The notes: generated from the sequence alone by a model not told the origin. 64,000 nucleotides of DNA from Bacilli bacterium (GCA_022641095.1 JALCDB010000006.1:3423-67422); one strand, 5' to 3'. Shown: positions 1-8,932, counted from the stretch's first letter. Numbers and translations are program-made.

Positions 1-3000
1 CGAATAACGGATTGGAACATGTACTCGCTGAGCGTTTTCGATCAAGGCAACGGAGGGAAGGCGTGTTTCTATCTTAACGGCAATTTCATTTGCATGCTGA
101 CGCTCGGCCACAAAATATCAGAGAATCTGACCGACCTGACGATCGGCGACACCGCTCTCGGAGACGGCCAAAGCGGAGCCTACCACGAGGCGAATGAGAC
201 GCCGATCAGAATCGCCATGCTCTCTATCGGAAGTTACTTCTATAAGAAAGCGAACTTCAAGGCGATATACGATATAAGCAAAAAATTCCTTTTCGATCCG
301 AGCGACGGCGATTCCTATTCTGGCGTCTGCTTTGAGACTTCGGATGGCGAGGATGGGGACTTCATCTCCCTTAACGGCGCATTCACGTCTTCGAAGCGGT
401 TGACCCCTCTCGTCGCCTCATATGGCGACGGTTCCTACAAAATCGACAAAGCGAGGAGTTTCGAGTTCGACAAGGAACTGAAACGCCACGTTTATTCTTC
501 CTATGATGGCGTCCTGAAACTTCAGGACCGAAACGAAAGCAGACTCGCCTATGAGCTAGGCCTTACGAATGAGGGGACGATCTCGCTTAAGTTCAAACCC
601 ACCATAAAGGGCGAAGACTACACAGAAAGGACGATAGTGTCCTTCTCCGACGGCGAACACAAAGAAAAGCTCTCGCTTTATCTCGACGCCAACGACGTTT
701 TGAACTACTCAGTCGATGGCAAGGCAAATAGCCTTGAGCTCATCGCCGAAAACGGTTCCTGGAACGCGCTCGTCATCAAACTCAACGGGCTCCTCGCCCT
801 TAACGGCGTCGAAAAGGCGCTTCCTCCGTTTGACCTGACGGGTCTCACAATGAACGTGGGATCCTCAATCGACGGAGCGGGCGCCCCAAACAAACACCTC
901 AACGGGCTCATCTGCGACATCCGTTTCGCAAAGGGCGATATTCGCAAACCCATCGAGTCCAGTTCCGTTTTGGAGAAACGCGACACGTTCGGAAGGAGAA
1001 CCGGCAAATGGATCTCGTTCGCCGGAAAAGCTCTTTCGAAAACGGAATATGGCTACGTTGCGCCCAAGGATGCGAACGGTAAGGCGATCCCCGGAAGAAC
1101 GTCAGTTGCCGTCGCTTTCGAGAACGGCGACAAAACCGGGAAGATCTCTTACGGATATGACGCTAACAGAAACGTGACCTCGCTCACCGTCGAAAAAAAC
1201 GGCAGCGAAAGCGTGACTTCTTATCGATACGACCCGCTTGAGAGGCTTGTCTCCTCGTCCAAAAAGGGAGACGCGGAGAAGAATGACTACGTCTACGACG
1301 ACAACGGGAACGTCTTAAGACGCACGCTCGTGAAAGACGGGACGACATCCGTCACGGAATTCCAGTACGACGAAGACAACAAAGAGAAGCTGGTCAAAGT
1401 GGTCAAGGATGGGCTGGAAACCCCGATAACGTACAGCCCAGACTCAATGTATCCGATCGCGATAGGCGAAGCTAGACTCAACTGGAGCATGGAAAGACTC
1501 TCGGAATTCGTCTCCGGCGATGTCCGGCTGCATTTCGACTACGACTATCTGGGAAGGAGAATCAAAAAGATTTCCGAAGGGTCGGAGATTGAATACGTCT
1601 ATGGCAAGGACAAACTGATCGCGGAGATCTCGGGATCGGCGAAGAAGTTCCTTGTCTACGACGAAAAAGGAAGCCTCGCTGGGTTCGTCAAAGAAACCGA
1701 CGGAGCGACGAGCCACTTCTTCTTCCTTAAGGACCAATTAGGCAACATCCGCTCGGTCATGGATTCTAAGGGGTCCATCGTGGCCGAATACGACTACGAC
1801 GACTATGGACTCGTTAAGAACCCCGAAAGTGTCGATTTCGAGTTCAACGACATCCTCTACAAGGGCTATGTATATGATCGTGAGACCGAACTATACCTGC
1901 TTGGTGGCAGATACTATTCGCCCGCCTTGATGAGATACATTTCCCCCGACAAGATCGGGAACCTCGTCTACGGGGCCTCGGATCTTGCTCAGTTCAATCT
2001 TTTCTCCTATTGCGGAGACAATCCAATCTCACGCATGGACGGAAACGGCGAGAACTGGTTCACGGATGCGTTCAAGAAAATCGGGAACGCGCTCAAGAAA
2101 GCGGCCGAAGCCGTCGTAGGTGGGGTAATAGCTGCCGCAGGAATAGTCATAGGCGCGGTAACAGGAGCCGTGGTTGGAGGCGCGAACGCCATGATCACGA
2201 GCATCAAAAAAGGCGAATCGTTTGGGGAAATTGCGTTCAATACGATAAAGGGGGTTGGCGAGGGCGCCGCCGTCGGGATAGCTGCCGTAATCTCCGCTGG
2301 CATATTCCTTTCAGGCTATATGTTCGGCGACGACGAAACGATGAAAATGGGAATAAATATCTTTGACAACACCGCCCTCCCGATGGCCATATCGTTTGCG
2401 CAGGAGAACATCATAGGCCTCATGAGCCTGGCCGGCGATTTGCACAACAGATTCACAACATTATCCGACGGGAACGATCCGTTCAGAGCAATCCTAAGTT
2501 ACATAACCAATGGGTCTTCTTGCGACAGCGACATAACCCAAGCGGATCTAGCTGAGGATGATTATTCCAAAAACATGAAAACCATAGGGGAAAACGAGAA
2601 GAACCTGATCTTCCCCACCATGAAGGACGAATTCGGATACCTCAAACCCACGAGTTCCCTCAACATAGTGGTCGACGGCAAGGTTTATATTACCAATCAA
2701 AACGATTCGTTCTATTCCACGATCAAATATGGATTCGCGACGATTAAGTTCAGCGGATGCGAGGTAATGGCGATCTACAACCTGCTTAGGTATCTCGGCA
2801 AGAAGGTCCCTTTCGCGAAACTCATTTATTACTTCGAGAAAAGGAACATCGCGTTCAGTTGCCTGGGCGCCTTACCGAACCACATGAGGGATCTGCTGGA
2901 CTCGATGGGAATCCCATATCGCTTCACCATAGACAAGAGTGACATACCTGAATTCACTCCGTCAAGGTTCGACGCCGTCGTGCCCACTTACTTCAACCAC

Positions 3001-3264
3001 TATTACGTCCCCGGCACGAAACTTACTGCCAAAAAAGACGCTAATTTCTATCTAATGATACACACAACATTCATGCCGAAAATAACCGTTTATACGTACA
3101 GATACGATGATCCGGACGGCGAAAAGGATTCATTAAAGTTCTTGGAGGTGAACGGCTCTGGTGAAACGAACGGATTTCAAACCTTAGAGGATAATGGAAT
3201 CGTGCAGAACCCGACATCCGATAAAGACAAGGTGATGATATCCCTGTTCGGCTTCGAAAAATGA
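1..3264 (+). CDS. RHS/YD-repeat polymorphic toxin, 5'-truncated by the window edge
   Basis: The frame of ORF 19..3264 stays open back to nt 1, so the gene probably starts upstream. It has a LamG/concanavalin-like N-region and YD repeats (YRYDPLERL, YVYDDNGNV, FDYDYLGRR, YDYDDYGLV). The RHS core end (RYYSPALMRYISPDKIG...GDNPISRMDGNGE) lies at about nt 1900-2050. A roughly 400-aa unrelated C-terminal module follows. Confidence 0.85.
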   Translation, partial: RITDWNMYSLSVFDQGNGGKACFYLNGNFICMLTLGHKISENLTDLTIGDTALGDGQSGAYHEANETPIRIAMLSIGSYFYKKANFKAIYDISKKFLFDPSDGDSYSGVCFETSDGEDGDFISLNGAFTSSKRLTPLVASYGDGSYKIDKARSFEFDKELKRHVYSSYDGVLKLQDRNESRLAYELGLTNEGTISLKFKPTIKGEDYTERTIVSFSDGEHKEKLSLYLDANDVLNYSVDGKANSLELIAENGSWNALVIKLNGLLALNGVEKALPPFDLTGLTMNVGSSIDGAGAPNKHLNGLICDIRFAKGDIRKPIESSSVLEKRDTFGRRTGKWISFAGKALSKTEYGYVAPKDANGKAIPGRTSVAVAFENGDKTGKISYGYDANRNVTSLTVEKNGSESVTSYRYDPLERLVSSSKKGDAEKNDYVYDDNGNVLRRTLVKDGTTSVTEFQYDEDNKEKLVKVVKDGLETPITYSPDSMYPIAIGEARLNWSMERLSEFVSGDVRLHFDYDYLGRRIKKISEGSEIEYVYGKDKLIAEISGSAKKFLVYDEKGSLAGFVKETDGATSHFFFLKDQLGNIRSVMDSKGSIVAEYDYDDYGLVKNPESVDFEFNDILYKGYVYDRETELYLLGGRYYSPALMRYISPDKIGNLVYGASDLAQFNLFSYCGDNPISRMDGNGENWFTDAFKKIGNALKKAAEAVVGGVIAAAGIVIGAVTGAVVGGANAMITSIKKGESFGEIAFNTIKGVGEGAAVGIAAVISAGIFLSGYMFGDDETMKMGINIFDNTALPMAISFAQENIIGLMSLAGDLHNRFTTLSDGNDPFRAILSYITNGSSCDSDITQADLAEDDYSKNMKTIGENEKNLIFPTMKDEFGYLKPTSSLNIVVDGKVYITNQNDSFYSTIKYGFATIKFSGCEVMAIYNLLRYLGKKVPFAKLIYYFEKRNIAFSCLGALPNHMRDLLDSMGIPYRFTIDKSDIPEFTPSRFDAVVPTYFNHYYVPGTKLTAKKDANFYLMIHTTFMPKITVYTYRYDDPDGEKDSLKFLEVNGSGETNGFQTLEDNGIVQNPTSDKDKVMISLFGFEK

Positions 3265-3311
3265 GTGAAGTACTAACAGAACGGAGTGAGGGGTCATCGA
3301 CGGCGTCCCCG

Positions 3312-3341
3312 TTATCACCCACGCTATACCCCTGCTATAAT
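3312..3341 (+). promoter_or_regulatory. candidate promoter for the lipoprotein array (-35 TTATCA, 18-nt spacer, extended -10 TGCTATAAT)
   Basis: Read directly in the 116-nt spacer between the RHS stop and the first lipoprotein ATG. The TGn-TATAAT element lies at about 3333-3341. Confidence 0.35.
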
Positions 3342-3380
3342 AGGTGCGTAAATGTAGCGGATGGGGGGCCGCCGAAAAAC

Positions 3381-4097
3381 ATGGGAAAAAGAAAAAGGAA
3401 GCTCCGGCCCGCCATCGCCGCCTCGCTCGTCGGGCTCTCGATGCTTTTGAGCTCCTGCGACGTCAAAACGGTCTACAGGGTCGGGGTCGACGAGGAGCAC
3501 AACCTCAGGTTCGTGCAGAGCTGCGAGAGCGACAACTGCCTGAGCGTCGACGAGTACTACTACGACGGGCCCGCCCGAAGCGGCAGGATCGCCATGGGCA
3601 TCGTGATACCGGAGTCCATCGAGGGCATGCCGGTGAGGGTCATGGGCAGGGACGACGTGTCCATTAGGCAGGTCTACGACGACCCCGAGTACCGCCACGA
3701 CGCGGCCTGGCCCGGAGGCTCCTGCAGCGATTTCATCGTGGCCACCCGGGTTCCCTTCGAGGAGGGGACCTCGTTCGAGTTCGACTTCGACATAAGGGCC
3801 GACCTGGACTACGTGTCCCTGAGCGGAACCCTTAGCCTTGGCGGAGGAGGAGGAGGGTTCCTCATGGACAGGTACGAAAGCTGCCCGTCGCACACCGAAC
3901 GCGTCATGTTCGACTGCTCGTTCAGCTTCGAGGTCGCCGAGGGCTGCGAGAACTACTACTCGAGGGACGGGAGGCTGTTCAGGAGGAGGGAAGGCGGCGA
4001 CAAGGAGATAACGATGCCAGAACAGGTGTACGTCGACTCCGACTTCTACCACCGCAACTGCAGCGAACCGGGCCAGGCCCCGTCGTCCCAGCCATGA
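3381..4097 (+). CDS. tandem paralogous lipoprotein, copy 1 (candidate RHS-toxin immunity protein)
   Basis: This is an internal ATG of track ORF 3261..4097. The protein starts MGKRKRKLRPAIAASLVGLSMLLSSCDVK (n-region, hydrophobic core, lipobox LSSC). It is 238 aa and highly similar to the next two ORFs. Its stop overlaps the next ATG (ATGA). Confidence 0.75.
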   Translation: MGKRKRKLRPAIAASLVGLSMLLSSCDVKTVYRVGVDEEHNLRFVQSCESDNCLSVDEYYYDGPARSGRIAMGIVIPESIEGMPVRVMGRDDVSIRQVYDDPEYRHDAAWPGGSCSDFIVATRVPFEEGTSFEFDFDIRADLDYVSLSGTLSLGGGGGGFLMDRYESCPSHTERVMFDCSFSFEVAEGCENYYSRDGRLFRRREGGDKEITMPEQVYVDSDFYHRNCSEPGQAPSSQP

Positions 4098-4807
4098 GGA
4101 AGAGCGAAAGGAAGCTCCGGCCAGCCCTTGTCGCCTCCCTCGTCGGGCTCTCGATGCTTTTGAGCTCCTGCGACGTCAAAACGGTCTACAGGGTCGGGGT
4201 CGACGAGGAGCACAGCCTCAGGTTCGTGCAGGACTACGAGAGCAGCAACTGCCTGAGCGTCGACGAGTACTACTACGACGGGCCCGCCCGAAGCGGCAGG
4301 ATCGCCATGGGCATCGTGATACCGGAGTCCATCGAAGGATTGCGGGTGAGGGTCATGGGGAGGGATTTCCCGGACAGTATGCAGGTCTACGACGACCCCG
4401 AGTACCGCCACGACGCGGCCTGGCCCGGAGGCTCCAGCAGCGATTTCATCGTGGCCACCCGGGTTCCCTTCGAGGAGGGGACCTCGTTCGAGTTCGACTT
4501 CGACATAAGGGCCGACCTGGACTACGTGTCCCTGAGCGGAACCCTTAGCCTTGGCGTAGGAGGAGGGTTCCTCATGGACAGGTACGAAAGCTGCCCGTCG
4601 CACACCGAACGCGTCATGTTCGACTGCTCGTTCAGTTTCGCGGTCGCCGAAGGGTGCCGGAACTACTACTCGAGGGGCGGGAGGCTGTTCAGGAGGAGGG
4701 AAGGCGGCGACAAGGAGATAACGATGCCAGAACAGGTGTACGTCGACTCCGACTTCTACCACCGCAACTGCAGCGAACCGGGCCAGGCCCCGTCGTCCCA
4801 GCCATGA
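4094..4807 (+). CDS. tandem paralogous lipoprotein, copy 2 (candidate immunity protein)
   Basis: The ORF starts MRKSERKLRPALVASLVGLSMLLSSC. It has an ATGA overlap with both neighbours and is a paralog of copies 1 and 3. Confidence 0.75.
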   Translation: MRKSERKLRPALVASLVGLSMLLSSCDVKTVYRVGVDEEHSLRFVQDYESSNCLSVDEYYYDGPARSGRIAMGIVIPESIEGLRVRVMGRDFPDSMQVYDDPEYRHDAAWPGGSSSDFIVATRVPFEEGTSFEFDFDIRADLDYVSLSGTLSLGVGGGFLMDRYESCPSHTERVMFDCSFSFAVAEGCRNYYSRGGRLFRRREGGDKEITMPEQVYVDSDFYHRNCSEPGQAPSSQP

Positions 4808-5511
4808 GGAAGAGCGAAAGGAAGCTCCGGCCAGCCCTTGTCGCCTCCCTCGTCGGGCTCTCGATGCTTTTGAGCTCCTGCGACGTCAAAACGGTCTACA
4901 GGGTCGGGGTCGACGAGGAGCACAGCCTCAGGTTCGTGCAGGACTACGAGAGCAGCAACTGCCTGAGCGTCGACGAGTACTACTACGACGGGCCCGCCCG
5001 AAGCGGCAGGATCGCCATGGGCATCGTGATACCGGAGTCCATCGAAGGATTGCCGGTGACTGAAATGGGAAGAGGAAATGTGGAGTGTACGCAGGTCTAC
5101 GACGACCCCGAATACCGCCACGACGCGGGCGGGTATGGCAGCCCTTTTGGCTGTTTCATAGTGGCCACCAAGGTGCCATTCGAAGAGGGGACCTCGTTCG
5201 AGTTCGACTTCGACATAAGGGCCGACCTGCACTACGTGTCCCTGAGGGATGACTCCGATGGAGGCGGCTTCCTCATGGACAGGTACGAAAGCTGCCCGTC
5301 GCCCACCGAACGCGTCATGTTCGACTGCTCGTTCAGCTTCGAGGTCGCCGAAGGGTGCCGGGACTACTACTCGAGGGACGGGAGGCTTTTTGAGAGGTAC
5401 CGAGACGGAAGCGGCGAAAGGGAAATAGAGACCCCATCGCATGTTTACGTCGAGTCCGACTCCCTTTATTATCGCTGCAGCGAACCGGGCCACCCATCTC
5501 CGCAGCCATGA
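4804..5511 (+). CDS. tandem paralogous lipoprotein, copy 3 (candidate immunity protein)
   Basis: This is the internal ATG (codon 51) of track ORF 4654..5511. Its first ~83 aa are identical to copy 2, and the central and C-terminal patches diverge. Confidence 0.75.
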   Translation: MRKSERKLRPALVASLVGLSMLLSSCDVKTVYRVGVDEEHSLRFVQDYESSNCLSVDEYYYDGPARSGRIAMGIVIPESIEGLPVTEMGRGNVECTQVYDDPEYRHDAGGYGSPFGCFIVATKVPFEEGTSFEFDFDIRADLHYVSLRDDSDGGGFLMDRYESCPSPTERVMFDCSFSFEVAEGCRDYYSRDGRLFERYRDGSGEREIETPSHVYVESDSLYYRCSEPGHPSPQP

Positions 5512-5595
5512 GGAAGAGAAAAAAGTTTTGGGTTGCTACGGCCGCCTCTTCTCACAAAAACGCGCGAGTTCATATCGCTACCATTGCTTGTTTGC

Positions 5596-6675
5596 TTATT
5601 CTTTGGAACGAGACCGATCAATTTCGTTTCCAAAGACGAAAGACTCGCCCCTCACGATTCTTGGATTCTGATAATAGCCGTTTTTCGCTATTTTCCTGTT
5701 GATCAACCGCACCAGGATGTCGGTTGCCTGTTTGGTCATACTCGTGTAGTTTTGTTTGACGTAACTGAGTTTAGGGCGAAAGACAAGTTTCGGATTGTTG
5801 GTTCCGCCAAGGGCGAACACCGCCACGTCTTTGCCGACTTGCAAATTCCGTTCTCCCGCGGCTTTGTACACCGAGTAAGCGTGATCTCCGGAGCCAACGA
5901 TAAAAGCCCGGTATTCCTGATCAAGCAGCTTTAACGCTTCGATTCTTCCTTCCTCGATGTCCCGTGGCATCGACAAATTGGAAATGTGCCCTTCGAAATG
6001 ATACTCTTCGCTCGCGGCCTTAAACGCGTCGTCGCGATCCCGCCCCACGGAGACGATATCTGAAACGTTGATGAGGGCGATTTTACTAAATCCGGCTTCC
6101 ACCATGGCTTTGGCGACATTCTTCGTGATGTTGATGATTTCGGAATCGACAAAGGAAAAATTTGGGTTGTGAACCTTGAAGTGCGGATTCCCTATGCAGA
6201 CGCATGGGATGCAATTATCCGACAGGCGCTTAACCTTGGCTTCGGATATTTGCGGATTAAGCAAAATCGCGCCATCTATGGGCGAAGAGCCGCTGGAGAG
6301 ATGGCTTACGATCTCGTCTGCGCTGACGCCAAAATAAACCAGAACGTTGTAGCCAAAGGCAAAGGCCTCGGTAATGCAGGATTGCGAAACATCCCGGAAG
6401 AAATGAAGGTACTGGTTCTCCCGCACGTACAAAAAAAGACCGATGATGTGGGTCGAACGGTTGGGCTTGGAGAGAGCGCCAGCATAAAAGTCCGGGGTAT
6501 AGGAAAGGTCTTTGGCGGCATCCAGCACTTTCTCGGTGATGGAAGGCGAGACTTTCTTGGCGCCGCTAAAAACGTTGGAGACCGTCGATTTCGCCACCCC
6601 AACTTTCGTAGCAATATCAATTAATCGGCTTTTTTCTTGCTTTTTAGAGGATACTGGAGAAACGGTTTTTTTCAT
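5596..6675 (-). CDS. LacI-family transcriptional regulator (paralog 1)
   Basis: The HTH reads IDIATKVGVAKSTVSNVFSG...YTPDFYAGALS, followed by a periplasmic-binding-protein-like sugar-binding core. I prefer the ATG at 6675 (MKKTVSP) over the track's upstream TTG at 6693. Confidence 0.9.
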   Translation of the reverse strand: MKKTVSPVSSKKQEKSRLIDIATKVGVAKSTVSNVFSGAKKVSPSITEKVLDAAKDLSYTPDFYAGALSKPNRSTHIIGLFLYVRENQYLHFFRDVSQSCITEAFAFGYNVLVYFGVSADEIVSHLSSGSSPIDGAILLNPQISEAKVKRLSDNCIPCVCIGNPHFKVHNPNFSFVDSEIINITKNVAKAMVEAGFSKIALINVSDIVSVGRDRDDAFKAASEEYHFEGHISNLSMPRDIEEGRIEALKLLDQEYRAFIVGSGDHAYSVYKAAGERNLQVGKDVAVFALGGTNNPKLVFRPKLSYVKQNYTSMTKQATDILVRLINRKIAKNGYYQNPRIVRGESFVFGNEIDRSRSKE

Positions 6676-6888
6676 CGTTAGTATTCTACACAATTATTCC
6701 GCTCGGTTAAAAGCGGGTTTTTGAGGAGCCAGCAACAAAAATAGTTTTTATGAATTGTAAATTTAGAATATTGATATGGCGGTTTTATCAAAAGATTTAA
6801 CGAAAAATCACAAAAAAATAGCATGATAAATGCATTGTTTGCAACGGTTGTTTTCGCCATTTGTAAACTGTTTTCCTGCGAGAGTGGA

Positions 6889-6938
6889 TTGAATATTTCG
6901 TTATTGGTTTTTATAATCATGTTTGAAAACCGGTTTTC
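6889..6938 (+). promoter_or_regulatory. promoter (-35 TTGAAT 6889-6894, 17 nt, -10 TATAAT 6912-6917) plus perfect 14-bp palindromic operator GAAAACCGGTTTTC (6925-6938)
   Basis: Read directly. The palindrome lies between the -10 box and the AAGGAGG RBS (6941-6947) of the gene starting at 6953. It has the central-CG dyad typical of LacI-family operators. Confidence 0.55.
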
Positions 6939-6952
6939 TTAAGGAGGAACTT

Positions 6953-8932
6953 ATGGATAACCGCAAAAACAAATCCGCCTGTCTTATTCTCTCTTCAACC
7001 TTTTTGGCCTTGGCTCTAACGTTATCAGCCTGCGGCAACACGAATCCGCCAACGTCAAGCCCTGACGCAAACAGCGTGACAACAAGCTCAAAACAAACCG
7101 TTGCCCTGGCTGCGCCTGTTGTTTCTTTAAACGGAAAGAACGTTTGTTGGAACGCTGTCCCTGGCGCAACCTCTTATCTCGTCAACATCGACGGAAACGA
7201 AAGCGAAGTGACGGCCACTTCCTATTCTTTGGAGTCCCTGACCGATCCGAAGGATTATAGCGTTTCCGTCAAAGCCAAAGCGGGCGAGGTCGTTTCCTCG
7301 TCATCCAACGTGGTTACTTATGTTCTTACCGTCACCCTTGCCACCCCGGTCATCGCCATTTCTGGCAACCTCGTCAGTTGGGAGGCCGTCGACAAAGCCA
7401 CTTCTTACGAAGTCTTTGTGAACGAGGTTTCCGTTACGACCGTAAGCGAAACGCATTACGCGATCACGGATGAGGACGAGGGAGATTACGTCGTTGCCAT
7501 CAAAGCCCACTCAACGGACACCCATTATCTGACCTCAGATATAAGCAATAGCGTTAAGTACACCATCGCCCCTGCCCCAGAGCCGGTGAAACTGGCCACG
7601 CCAGTCGTCACTTTGGAAAACAAAGTCATTTCCTGGTCGGCGATCGCCAACGCCACAACCTATGAAGTTTATTTGAACGACGCCCTTAAGGACGAAACGT
7701 CGGAGTTGAACTACGATCTCAGTTTGCTGACCGCCGGCGTTTATTCGATTCAAGTCGATGCCTGCAACAAGGCCTCGAGCGATTACTCCACAAGCGACAA
7801 GAGCATCGCGGTCTCTTTAACGATCGAAGACCTCTCGTTCTCGAAACCGATTATCGCCTACTATCCAAGCAGCGACGACGGCAACATCCTTTTGAAAGAC
7901 ACCGATGAAGGCGTCATGCACGAATTCGTGCCGACCGCCACCGACGACTTGGCTTTGAACACTTGGTATTTCGAAGCCGTCGATGGACAGGCGAACACCT
8001 ATTTCATCAAACTTTATAATGGCTATTACCTTACCTATAGTTCCAGCGTCGCCGACGGGTCGGAAACGGTCGCTGACCCAAAACTGCCGAGCGATTCCTC
8101 AAGCATCATCAACCAGGAGTGGAAGATAACCACGAACGGGGATGGATACGATTTGCAGAATCTGGGCCATATCGCCCGTTGGGGGAATTATTACTTCGGC
8201 AAGGTCGATGGGAAGATGAAGTTTGGCTCGGGTCTGAAGGCGTGGCTATTGAACAACAACGCCAACGCCTATATGAATAAGACCAAACTGAGCGCCCCAA
8301 GCCTCACCGCTTCGGGCTATGTCGTGAGTTGGGCTGGCGTCAGCGGCGCCACCGCCTATGAAGTCTACGTCGACGGTGTCTTAGCGGACACGGTCAGCGA
8401 GACGGCCTACACCGTTACGAAGGACTGCAAAGTCCAAGTCAAAGCCATCTCAAGCGACGATGCTTATTTGGCCAGCTACCTCTCATCCAGCGTTGATTGC
8501 AGCGACCTTTTCGCCAAGAAAGTTTGGGCTTATTATAACGGTAGCCACAAGACTTTAGGCTATGTTGACGGCGATGATGGCAATATCTTCAAGATCGGTG
8601 CCGCCTACACCGACGTCAGCGATTACGCCCCTTACGAATGGACGGTTTCCCTCGTTCCTGGGACAAACTATTACACCATCGCCTTCGATAGCGGGTTGAA
8701 TCTCTCCTATTTCGACAATTCCGCCTCTGGGAACGTCCCCCAAACCAAAGCGGTCGTTGCCGACGCCACGGATTCCAAACAACAATGGAAACTCATCAGC
8801 GACGGCACGAATGCCTACAAACTCGAAAACGTGTATTTGTCCAATTACTATTCGAACGTCTACCTTGGCGAATACTACGGCGTTTACAAATTCAACGGCG
8901 TTTGCACGAGTTGGGTGTTCGCCAACGTATAA
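6953..8932 (+). CDS. surface lipoprotein with 4 Fn3-like repeats and 2 beta-trefoil (ricin-B-like) modules; putative glycan-binding protein
   Basis: AAGGAGG lies 6 nt upstream of ATG 6953. The lipobox is LTLSAC. Four repeats carry the SW-AV--A-sYeV motif. The QxW-type motifs QEWKI and QQWKL are present. Confidence 0.8.
   Translation: MDNRKNKSACLILSSTFLALALTLSACGNTNPPTSSPDANSVTTSSKQTVALAAPVVSLNGKNVCWNAVPGATSYLVNIDGNESEVTATSYSLESLTDPKDYSVSVKAKAGEVVSSSSNVVTYVLTVTLATPVIAISGNLVSWEAVDKATSYEVFVNEVSVTTVSETHYAITDEDEGDYVVAIKAHSTDTHYLTSDISNSVKYTIAPAPEPVKLATPVVTLENKVISWSAIANATTYEVYLNDALKDETSELNYDLSLLTAGVYSIQVDACNKASSDYSTSDKSIAVSLTIEDLSFSKPIIAYYPSSDDGNILLKDTDEGVMHEFVPTATDDLALNTWYFEAVDGQANTYFIKLYNGYYLTYSSSVADGSETVADPKLPSDSSSIINQEWKITTNGDGYDLQNLGHIARWGNYYFGKVDGKMKFGSGLKAWLLNNNANAYMNKTKLSAPSLTASGYVVSWAGVSGATAYEVYVDGVLADTVSETAYTVTKDCKVQVKAISSDDAYLASYLSSSVDCSDLFAKKVWAYYNGSHKTLGYVDGDDGNIFKIGAAYTDVSDYAPYEWTVSLVPGTNYYTIAFDSGLNLSYFDNSASGNVPQTKAVVADATDSKQQWKLISDGTNAYKLENVYLSNYYSNVYLGEYYGVYKFNGVCTSWVFANV

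Larger units (their letters stand above)
3381..5518 (+). repeat. tandem gene-sized direct repeat, about 3 units of 708-717 bp plus an orphan junction
   Basis: The unit offset is 710 bp. Segments 3968-4343 and 4678-5053 read as identical. The junction motif CAGCCATGAGGAAGAG occurs at 4089, 4799 and 5503. Confidence 0.85.

Noticed and set aside
2010-2366. An Arg-rich 118-aa plus-strand ORF and a 98-aa minus-strand ORF inside the RHS gene.
   Set aside because: They are alternative-frame readings of the Gly/Ala-rich (GC-rich) glycine-zipper region. The composition is low-complexity and they are fully nested in a well-supported CDS.
3261-3380. The upstream extensions suggested by the ORF track for several genes (3261, 4654, 8785, 6923, 26135, 36809, 39709, 6693, 16408, 43042, 44344).
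   Set aside because: The internal ATGs are better supported. They are preceded by AGGAGG-type sites or ATGA coupling, and they yield canonical signal peptides or family-typical N-termini. Several of the track starts are TTG or GTG with no SD.
3324-5493. Three long minus-strand ORFs (3324-4052, 4046-4762, 4756-5493; 238-245 aa) that are paralogous to each other.
   Set aside because: They are antisense shadows of the GC-rich tandem lipoprotein genes. They repeat only because the DNA repeats. They have no signal, RBS or recognisable motif, whereas the sense frames have lipoprotein signal peptides and ATGA coupling.
5508-5702. A 64-aa ORF starting with the same ATGA junction as the tandem lipoprotein genes.
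   Set aside because: Only the first ~11 nt (MRKR) resemble the paralogs. The rest has no signal peptide and overlaps the 3' end of the convergent LacI gene. I treat it as an orphan junction remnant, not a gene.
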